Source: Bilabrum cf. latius
Taxonomy: Eukaryota
Direction: 5' to 3'
Assembly (NCBI GenBank): GCA_965178125.1
Contig: OZ237756.1
Location: 310,001-374,000 of the forward strand
DNA: 64,000 bases
Shown: piece by piece, positions 38,469 to 48,228 of the stretch
Layout: every line of letters begins with the position of its first letter
How positions within the stretch are numbered: position 1 is the stretch's first letter
Translations under genes and position numbers: made by a program
The notes under the pieces: model-generated
What the model was told of the DNA's origin: nothing
Seen by the model: only the letters and a program-made list of their open reading frames with translations
Databases searched by the model: none

Positions 38469-39725
38469 TTAATCATACGCAAACATTTTCCAAGCCTACT
38501 TAAGTGCTGTCTTCTTGGATATTCCTTTTCCTCTTAAAATGGACGCCATTTTCATAACTCTTGAACGTTTTGTTTCACACTGACATTGACCTCCAAATAT
38601 TTCCAGATACATACCCGATACTGGGTCATTCGTATGCGAATGGATTTCTTTCATAATTGGTCTTCCAACTGTTTTAGTTGCTAAATCCCAACCTTCCTTA
38701 AAATCTTGTCCAAAATCCCTTTCTGTGTTCTACTTATGCTTTTCCTAATTTTTTCTTAAAGCGTTTCTTACATCTTCCGGTAAATCATCTAAACCTCTCC
38801 CGAACCATTTGGAAAAATACCCAGCCACATCAGTAGCAGCATTAGCCACTCTCTTAGTAAATCCCGATACGTTCTTAGCAATACTCTCTACATCCTACAT
38901 AATAAATTGGTTTAAGGGTGGTGTCAAAAACCCATTTGTGCGTAGAACATCCTAAATGAACTTTTGACAATTCAACGAGAAAGCACGATACTAATAAAAA
39001 TTGTATTCTCCTATTTTCTGTAAAGTGGTTTCATATAATTCCCTTACTGTTTTCTAAGGTTTTCCATTAATATTTACTTCCATAGTTTGTGTTTTCTTGT
39101 TGGTGGAAAATCTTGAGGACAAATTAACCCTCTCATTCTTCTCAAGATAAATCTTTTTTCCACCTCCAAGGTTCAACTCTAAGGCTAAGTGAAAAAAATC
39201 ATTATATCCGTGTTTATTTTTTAACTTTTTCATTTTTCCAAGGGTAATCCAGTTAAGCAACCGATTAATCGCGCCACTAATGGGGGTTCTAATTACTTTC
39301 ATAGCTATAATTGTTCTATCCCCGTATTGCTGTAGTGTTCTCTGGACTTCGTTTGAATTCCCATACACTACTCCACCCTTAAGCTGTTGCGCCAGCTAAC
39401 TGCGCCGAGAGGGGGTGCTTCGCAAACCATCTTTTAAATACTAATGAAGTGTGTTGGATTGTGTGGATTTCTTCTAGGATTTCTTTTTTGGTTTTCCTTT
39501 TGTTCCCACACCATCTTTAAGCTGTTGCGCCAGCTAACTGCGCCGAGAGGGGGTGCTTCGCACACCATCTTCAAACTTAATTGCTTTTTCAAGGGCTTCT
39601 TTAGAATAAGGATGTTCACTTTTCCATGTCCTTGTTGTTTTACTCTTTGGTTCTTTGACACTAATGTACGTCTTAACAAAACCAGAATTCATTTTTCCGC
39701 CACTAAGTGTATAAAAACTATCCAT
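38469..39725 (-). CDS. virophage protein with permuted papain-like (His...Cys) domain, 418 aa
   Basis: One frame from ATG 39725 to TAA 38469. FFHLAL, LEKNE and YQYRAFSLNCQKF resemble PPPDE/LRAT-type H..NC motifs. Internal duplicated peptide DG(V/L)RSTPSRRSQLAQQLK. Confidence 0.7.
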
Positions 39726-39750
39726 TTAGTATAGGCTTGTATTAAAAAAC

Positions 39751-40368
39751 TCATAGACGACTTCCAAGACCGAAGGTTTTCCGGACGAATTCCTCCAGTT
39801 GCTAAAAGGATGAATAGACACAGTACTAACTCTAATGTAATCCAGCGATTAAATTCGTTCTTGAGCGTTCTACAGACAATAAGTCCCCCGATTTTTTCCC
39901 TTCACGGATTTCCTCAAAAAGACTGTGAGAAGGCACACACACAAAAATTGAACTTTCCTTAAATAAATCTTTCGCTAATTCCAACGAACCAACCATAACA
40001 ATTAAACGCCTGGATTTCTTTGTGAGCCAATCCGCTTTAATTTTTTCATACACTAATCTTGACTAAGAGTAATAAAAGAGACGGTGGGTGCTTTCATCAC
40101 CATCAATTAGCATTTTCTCCATTTTCTATTTTTCCTACCCTGAAATCTAACCATTTACGCATTCATCTAAGTCAATGACCAAAGTGTCTTTATCAACACT
40201 TTCTATAGAGCGACACAAAGTAGTTTTCCCAGAGCCTTTTGGAACAACCACGCAGGATTTCTGTTTCTAAGTTCCGTCTTTCGTCCACCAAGAATATAGA
40301 CACCGACTACCAGAATACATTAAAGGAGCCAAAGTCCCAGCAACCATTACAGCAGATGATACTGACAT
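39751..40368 (-). CDS. small P-loop NTPase/kinase-like protein, 205 aa
   Basis: VVVPKGSGKTTLCR followed by LVIDLDE; hydrophobic N-terminus; TGA stop. Confidence 0.75.
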
Positions 40369-40423
40369 TGTTTTGATATACTATATACCAAGACAAATAT
40401 TTATTGGTTTACCCTTTTCATAC

Positions 40424-42190
40424 TCAAGCTTGGAGCATAGCGAGTAATTGATTGCGAGAGAGAGATTTACCACCTGTTAATCCAGAACCCAACTTGGCAC
40501 CTGTTAAGCCCTTGCCTTTCTTGGTAGTTTTTCGGGGTTTCCTTTGGCGTCCCATACCAGCCATTTCACCCACCATTTTAGCGGTGTCAAATACCTACTT
40601 ACCATCCTTTAATACTTTTTTGAGATTGCCTTTCTTTACCCAATCAGCGGTTTTGTGTGCGAACTTTTTTAAGGCGTGTCTAATCTTTTTCCCAAGACCG
40701 CGACCGTGTAGTCCTGATAATTGACTTTCATATACTACGGGTAGTTTAGAGGCGGAAAGAACATCTGCCCGTGAGATGACACCCTGCTAATACTCAATCT
40801 TAGAACCATCAATCACATTCATTACTCCTTCGTACAATCCCACAACCACACACTACACATTTTGGTAATCTACAACATCATTATTCTTCACTCGTAGGGT
40901 GATAGACAATTGGTTAGAGCCGTTGCTTCCATTTGTCTAATCTACATCTAGGCTCAAATCCTTGGCGGGGTCGATGGAGAGAATTGCGCCTGATAGCACC
41001 CTATCCCCGAATTTACGCATAGCCCATTCCGCGTATTGCTATTCAAGTCCATTGCTTCTGGATAAGTCCCATAGCTACTGAGGTGAAGCATCTGCGAGTA
41101 ATCCACTTTGGTTATTCATCTCAATAGATATTCCCTCAATTCCAAGGAATGTGTTTCCCTAATCTACTGAGACGCTGGTAGGTGAGCGACGGGCAAACAC
41201 AAATAGACGAGATGGAACTGAATTGCTAAGTTTAATATTGTTGTTCGTAAGAGTTGCTGTTGTTCCTGCGCTGATTGTTGCACCATAGCTTTGAGTATAT
41301 GAAGTCATTTCAAAAATATCATAGGATACCTGTTTTGGAAGGACAAACCCTGTTTTAGGGGTAATCTATTCAAGGTATAAATAGGGGTTCTGGACATCTA
41401 CCGACTAAACGGTAGCAGTTAAGTCCTATTGTGGAATACGAGACCACACGGTTCTACTCAGTTGCGACCAATTGATATCCAAGGAAAGAGTTTCTAAACC
41501 GAAAATGGCTGGTTGTTCCTATTTACTTTCGTAATGGAAAGGTGGGCAAAGAACCGCCTCAGTACATTCAAAGACAAGAACACGATTTTGCGTTTGACCT
41601 GCGGGCACTGGAGTGTTATCCATTTGAACCAAGTTATAAAATCCACTTCCTCTTGCGGGTTGGTCCTAAAGCACGTCCTCATACGAAGCAAGAGCGTTAT
41701 TTGTAGCCTAACTCATCATCGCGTATGAAGGCACATTGTCGCGTCTATACACACTATCAAGGCAATTCACACGATGAACATCATCATCTAAACAATGGGA
41801 CACTACGTCCATTATTTCCGCGTTATTCTAAGTAAAGCGAATGTTATTGATACCAACTGTCTGTGTTGCAATGGAGCGATTAAGTGGATATGAGCGTGGA
41901 GCATCGTAATCTGGTGTAAATGGTACGAGAGCACCTGCGGTTTGATTATTCACGGAAAAGGTAATGGAAAAACGGCAAGACACGTATGCGCGGCGGCATA
42001 AACCTACACCTGAAGGCATACTAATATTCCAATTCACACCTGAATTATAATTACCGGCTGAACCAGATGGAGCGTATCTGCGAAACGTTCGGTTCTCATA
42101 ACCTTCTTGAACTTCATAAGGCTTTGGTTGTACGTCTAATGTTGCGGGAGATACTTTGACTGGCTGAAGGGCAAATGTATTCAATGACAT
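40424..42190 (-). CDS. virophage double-jelly-roll major capsid protein, 588 aa
   Basis: Resembles Sputnik-type MCP from recalled motifs (DAPRSYPLNRSIATQTVGINN, NNAL...PARGS, C-terminal GLTGGKSLSR). Many in-frame TAGs; TGA stop. Confidence 0.9.
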
Positions 42191-42295
42191 TTTTGTTTTC
42201 CTTGTATATTATATACAACGAATAAAATTCTATCACTCAGTTCTTTAGAAAAGAACGCAAACTCGTTTCTTCATAAAAGTAATACAAAACTAATT

Positions 42296-43405
42296 TCACT
42301 TCCGTTTCTTAAATAAAAACTTCACACTCACACTTCCGTGGCGTAAATAAAGAGGTCTTAGATTTGAATAATTGTCTTTCCAATATAGATTAAACTAAAT
42401 CCTATCTACTGAATGTGTATCTAAAAAATCAATTTCGTGGAGAATATGGGGCTGGTATTGAAGAACCTACTAATTAACTGTTTCAGTATCATCTAATACA
42501 CAATCCATATCCACTAATAAACTCTCGGTCCCTGAACCTGAATTTTGAACTGTATTAGTGGATTGTCCATAGGCGGATTTCTAGGATATTGCCTCACTCC
42601 TCACTGGAAGACTTGAAGATGTGAAAACTATTCCGCGAAAAATCTAAAACTACACTAAACTCCCTCGTTCCTAGGTCATCATTAATCTGTAGTCTCCCGT
42701 TGGGTTTCCCTCGAAGTATGCCTAAGGTTCATATTTTCCAACAGAAGAGCCATCATCAAATAAAACATTCGTTCCTAAGGATTTGAATAGAATGCTTGCG
42801 TATAAGTCGTCATCTTGGATATCCATTCGTTCCATAGGAAAACCCGTCATCAGTTCGTTAAGGGCTTCGTTCAACACTAATTTAAATTTCTGTCCTGAGT
42901 TTTCCTCGTCGTAATCGGGATTTGCTACTAAACTGAACTTTCCATCTTTAAAGAGTAAAACCGGAACTGATGTAATATCCGCTGATAAAGCATTCTATAT
43001 GGTTTCGTTGAATAAATCAACAAAATGCTACACGGAATACATATAATAATAAGGAACAAACTACATAGGATTGGAAAATGATGGTTGGTTTTCCCCTGTT
43101 AACTAGGGTCTCCACTGAATGCTTGAGGTCCACAAACTTACTCCGTCTTCATCTGTAATGCTTATTCTATACACCGTTTGATTAGGATTTGAAGATGGAT
43201 TTTTCACTTTATCGGTTTCTATGTGTGGAACCCATAAAGGTATTGAATTGGTGCTTATGGAAAACCGGAATACTGACATCGTATAATCACCAACATCCTT
43301 ATCTAATAATGGCTACTTGCGGGTTTCGCTATAGGTCGCTGGTTGGAAAGTATCTTCGTTATTTCGTATGTTTGCGGTAATGTAAAATCGGTCTGGAGAA
43401 CTCAT
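42296..43405 (-). CDS. virophage penton (minor capsid) protein, 369 aa
   Basis: N-terminus ATYSETRKQPLL...DYTMSVFRFSI...IPLWVP and C-terminus PLYLRHGSVSVKFLFKKRK; lies directly upstream of the MCP. Confidence 0.85.
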
Positions 43406-43461
43406 TTTACTATAGACGTTTATAATTATGGGGTGGGTTTGATTACTTTTCTAAAGTATAA

Positions 43462-43953
43462 TTAAGATGGTGTAATAAGTGAACCTGACACTAAGGATTT
43501 CCAACTAGATGTAGAAGAACTGCCAATCGCCACATAGACATCGTTGTCGCTTCCATTATACACTAAAGCGCCCTTGAACTTTCGCTCTGCTGACGTATTA
43601 ATAGGGGTAGAAGCGTCAGCCAATGTAGCTCCAGCAACCTCACTCAGCCCAACAACACCCTCTTGAGAAGTCTTGAATGAACCAACTAGTGAAATATCGC
43701 ATCTTTCTCCTTCTTCGCTCATACTGAACTGACAACCAGCAGACGCTCCGTTTTTTCCAAACCGTAGAACAGTTTCACCCCACTCCATATAAGGCTCTCC
43801 GTCTTTGAATTCAATACTTGGATTGCCTATGACTGCTCCCGTAGAGTTAGTAATTGCGGACACTTTAATTGCGTCGCTACTCACAACATTACACGTAATA
43901 GTTTGAGACATAAGGTCTAGACTGTTCTTAGATAGAAGATTTGAAACTGACAT
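43462..43953 (-). CDS. virophage hypothetical protein (possible fibre/spike), 163 aa
   Basis: ATG-to-TAA ORF MSVSNLL..., Ser/Gly-rich and beta-like, next to the penton. Confidence 0.7.
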   Translation of the reverse strand: MSVSNLLSKNSLDLMSQTITCNVVSSDAIKVSAITNSTGAVIGNPSIEFKDGEPYMEWGETVLRFGKNGASAGCQFSMSEEGERCDISLVGSFKTSQEGVVGLSEVAGATLADASTPINTSAERKFKGALVYNGSDNDVYVAIGSSSTSSWKSLVSGSLITPS

Positions 43954-44018
43954 TTTATAGTATATCCACAGAAATAATTTTTATCAGGTTGCCAAAAGAT
44001 GTAAATAAGAGGTTTTGG

Positions 44019-45200
44019 TCAATCTTTTCCTAAAAGATGTAATAGTTCCATAGCAACCTAATGATGAATATCTTTATCGGCTCCTTTTACTTTCTTGGCT
44101 ACATTCATTGCTGTATCATAGATAATCCTTTTTCCACCTCGTAATCCTTTCCCCTTTTTTGGTTTTCCACTTTCTTCTACAGTCATTGCGCGTGATGGTG
44201 GGTCTTCTAAATCAGGCTACTAAATTCCATAGGGCGGACTAAACCCCGTAAATCGCTACACAGGTCTAGTAGCACGTTTTCCAATTCCCTGCTCAATTTC
44301 TATCCTACTCGGCATATCATAGTACTCACCAGTTTCTGGGTCCCACGCCCCCGGAGTGCTTCCTTGCGGTAGTGGTCTTTCATTGCTCGCTGCGGCTAAT
44401 ATGGCATCTAAGTCTTTTGATGTTTTTGACGCATTACTACTTGAACCCTCTTGAAAATGCTAAAACATATTTGTCTGCCCCTGTGATGTTCTTTGTGAGA
44501 AATTCTTTCCCTATTCTAAATCCCACGCTATTCGTTGTTTTTCAGTTAAGGGTCTGTCTTGTTGTATTCTTTCTCTGGCTCTTTCCAATAACTATTTATA
44601 CGCACCCGAAGACCTTTTTGGAAGCTGTACTTGTGTTGGAGCGGAAAACGTGTTTCTTCTTGTTGTTCGAGCAGGTGTTTGTAAAGATGTTGGCTACTAA
44701 TCAATTCCCAACATTCCCTACGGTATTCGTTGTCCGGATGCCTCCTATATAACTTTCCCTAATTCTAAGAGTTGTTTTCTGTCTTCAGCTGGAACTCTCT
44801 GCAGTCCTTCGTAGCCTTTCCTTTGAAATCTCTCAATATTTACGTATTGACGGGCTAGTTGTTGCTTCATTTGTGGAGACATATTGATATTACCAACAAA
44901 ATCCTTCAATGCTTTCACTGCTGGACTTACATTTTTACCCTCAATAATACCTTTCATTATACCAGATATTGACTTAGATATGATTTCCTCGTTGCTTTGG
45001 TCTGCCTATTTTCTCTACGCTGGAGTTCCATACCTTCCACTTTCTTTTAATCGTTCAATTTTTGCCCTTTTCCTTATAAAATCACTATATTCTGTTTCTA
45101 AATCTACGTCGTCCCTTGCCTGTAAATCTAACATTTTAGCATTGTCCAGTTCCCTTTCTAGGGCTTGCTGAATAAGAGCATTCACTTTAGCAGTTTTCAT
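44019..45200 (-). CDS. virophage hypothetical (candidate core) protein, 393 aa
   Basis: One frame through TAGs to TGA 44019; TATAGTAAATG start context; C-terminal KGKGLRGGKR. Confidence 0.75.
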
Positions 45201-45263
45201 TTACTATAAGCTTTTATAAAAAGCTTGACCAAAAAATAAAAAAAAGTGTTTGTGTATAGTATA

Positions 45264-45503
45264 ATGGATATTGATAAGTGGATTATATAGAGAACCAAAC
45301 AACTCGCGCTATAGAAAGAACAAGACGCTTTAAATAGAGTTAAAAACAAACATATTAAAGTTGGAAAAGGCCGTAGTAAGCCTAAGCGGAAAGTGAGCGC
45401 CAAAATGAAACGCCGCAATAAACTTGTAAAAATGGTGATGTAGTAGACTGGTATGAGTTTACCTCAAGCAAGTCGGTATATACGAGAATAGAATATTATT
45501 TAA
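45264..45503 (+). CDS. small basic virophage core-like protein, 79 aa
   Basis: MDIDKWII[Q]...GKGRSKPKRKVSAKMKRRNKLVKMVM[QQ]TGMSLPQASRYIRE[Q]NII-TAA; upstream GTATAGTATAATG. Confidence 0.75.
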
Positions 45504-45532
45504 AGAAACTTTTATAACAAGTTTGACCAAAA

Positions 45533-46154
45533 TTACATAAGGTAAGCCTACTTTTCTCCTAATAAATACCTCGGGTAATTCCTGTGGACACATACCCACC
45601 TAGAAGGCATTTTTAAGACTTTAGAGATTTCTTGTTTCTCAAGTCCTATATAATTTTTTAGTAAATACCTTAGAGAATGTGCGGAAGAACACTAAGGGAA
45701 TATAACGAACTTATGACTTTCCGCAAGAATAATTCGGGTACTTTTATAGTTGGTAGATAAATGACTTGTGATTAATACAGAAGTATTCGAATGTCTTCCA
45801 ACCTACAATATTTCATCCTGTAAATGATTGAGGGCTTCCCTTAACTTCTTATCTTTGATTGTATCAATATCATCCAAGATTACTAAGGCGTCCCTTAATT
45901 CCTAATGAATATCAATCGGGTTCTCCACCAGTTCCTCATTTAAAATAATCCTTTTCAGTCCTTTCACTTCATCTAAGACTTTATCCTACTATACTCGTGA
46001 AAATAAAATAATTCTCCTGTTTGGAAACATTCTGTGATAATTCTTAGCATATTTGGAAACCCAAGTAGACTTCCCAGCACCTGATGGTGCGGTGATATAA
46101 ATGACCTCTCTTCCTTTTGGATTTGGTAATGATTGGAATTCACCCTATTTTAAT
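45533..46154 (-). CDS. packaging ATPase (A32/FtsK-HerA family), 3' part; interrupted by Ngaro
   Basis: Walker A YITAPSGAGKST, Walker B LVILDDID and GRHSNTSVLITSH; TAA stop. Confidence 0.92.
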
Positions 46155-46238
46155 TGAACTCTGCTGCGAATCAATGAGTGCTCCTTCTACATGCCCAATG
46201 GCCAAATCACGGACCCGCTCCCACAGTTGGGGCAGTTC

Positions 46239-46241
<3 letters not shown>
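46155..46241. repeat. Ngaro repeat B2 (87 bp)
   Basis: Matches 46979-47065. Confidence 0.95.

Positions 46242-46304
<63 letters not shown>
46242..46304 (+). repeat. 63-nt poly(A) tract between A2 and B2
   Basis: Homopolymer seen directly. Confidence 0.95.
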
Positions 46305-46305
<1 letters not shown>

Positions 46306-46348
46306 AGGACGTCCCTGCGCCCGTCCCGCGCCCTCTCCCCCCCACGAG

Positions 46349-47065
46349 GGACAGTCCGCCCCGAATCGACTGGTTCTCCTCAGTCGCGTCTCGCGCATGC
46401 TATACCACACTCGCCACAAATGTACACGCTACCCCAATCCTTGCATCGTCTGCGCCTCCAGGCTCGCTCCGATGCCTCCCCTTCTAGTCCTGCCCCATTC
46501 TGATCTGCTGTCTCCCTACGCACCCGTACGTCTCAGCCTTCGCCAGAAATCCTACTGCCTTGTGGTCTGGCCCCACTCGGCTGCCTCCGCTGCCCCTCCC
46601 TCCCCATGGGCCTCCACGCTCCCGAGCCCTACTGGCTTGCTCGGGCCTGTCCGTGCCCCTTCGTCGTCCCCGCCACGCGTCTGGTTAACCGCGCTCGGGG
46701 CATCCCGATCCTCCCCTTTCCTCCGTTCATCTTGGAATCCCCCTCTCCGTCGCCTCCCCCGGTGCCACCCGACCCCTTGGTGGGCCGCCGCCCGTCCACC
46801 CTGTCACCTCCGCCAAGCTCCCCCGTCTGCTCCTGTCCCCCTCTCACCTGGCCCCCTCGCTGTCACCTCCCGCCGTTGTTGTCCTCCACCTGCACGTGCG
46901 CTGCTGCTGTACCCTCCCCGTCGGAGCCCCCATCGCTGTCTCACAGCCCTCAATCCCAATGTCTGATGACACAGATAATGAACTCTGCTGCGAATCAATG
47001 AGTGCTCCTTCTACATGCCCAATGGCCAAATCACGGACCCGCTCCCACAGTTGGGGCAGTTCCAT
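46349..47065. repeat. Ngaro repeats A2 (46349-46978, 630 bp) + B1 (46979-47065)
   Basis: A2 matches 54084-54713 and B1 matches 46155-46241. The junction GATAA|TGAAC equals the joined element ends. Confidence 0.95.
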
Positions 47066-48228
47066 TACTTTCCAATACTTGCAGCAGTTGCAGCGTGGTC
47101 CAGCGCTGCCGTCCACACCCGTGTCGGCTGAGTGAGGTCAACCGAGGAGGGGAGTGGCAGGGGCCGAAGCGCGAAGATGTTCTCGTTCCGGTAGCGGCGG
47201 GCTGCCACCAGAGTCTTCCAGGCACCCGCGCGCATGATGGTGTCGTCCGAGCAGCCCTGCCTACTCAGTGTGGTGATGGCCGTCACGCGCAGGGAGTGGC
47301 CCGACAGGTGCAACTGGGGCCGACCGCAGCACCGGCGAAACTCCGCGATCACTGTAGCCGCCCCGCATCGGGCTGGTGCGAACAGGTACGCTGGTCCAGT
47401 CGATGGGCGGTGCTCGAGGAATCGGCGTAGAGCCGCCACCGATGCGATGCCATGTGCGGCGCGCAGGTACTCCAGCAAGATGCGGACACCGCAAAAGCGG
47501 GCGCCGTGGGGCTGGCCACCGACGTACCGCACCGGACGGACGCTGCTCAGCATCAGGGAGCGCGTGTCCCGCGACTTGTTGGGTCCCAGCAGGATCTCGA
47601 TGGAGCTGACGGCACCGTCCGAGTCCACGCCCACCACCAGGTGGCCCCGTGCCATCCCGCGCTGCTCGTCACCCACAGTCGCCTGGGCGATTTCGCCCAG
47701 ACGTGCGGCGCTGAAGAAGGCTACAGCCGCTGCCGTGCGAGCCGCGTGCTCCTAGGGTCCCCGTGGCCGTGCGGTGAACCACACAGCGAGCCGATGCAGG
47801 TCAGCCGGGTGCTTGCGCCCAGAGGCGGCCTTGGAGGCCACCGGGCCGCCCGGTGCCGCTGCCCTGGCCATGTGGGTGGCGAAGTACGACAGCAACGAGC
47901 GCAGACGCTTGGACTGGCCACCCGGCAGGCCGTGCAAGATCACGAACGCCCTGAACACGGTGCTGACGTATGAGCGCAGAGTCGGTCCACCGATCGTGCC
48001 CGTGCGGTCCTCGCCGCGCCACACCGCGTACCTGCAGCACGCGATGTCGAGCGCCCGTTGCGCCCTCAGTGGGTCCTCGTAGCCTGCACACGGGTCCTCG
48101 GCTTCCCCGCGGTCCCGACGGAATTGTTCGAATCCACGGAGGGCTGTAGCCCCTGAAGCCAGACCTTTAGCGCCACCGCCCGAGAGCGCCCGAACCGTTG
48201 CATACACGTCCAGATCCACGGCGGACAC
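47065..48228 (-). CDS. tyrosine recombinase (Ngaro ORF3); start uncertain
   Basis: Catalytic pattern AFFSAARLGE (R), NKSRD (K), SGHSLR (HxxR) and GAWKT...RRY (W,Y). One TAG is read through at 47752; TAA stop. Confidence 0.88.

Noticed and set aside
46117-46503. Poly-lysine ORFs
   Set aside because: They are an artefact of translating the poly(A) tract across the Ngaro junction.
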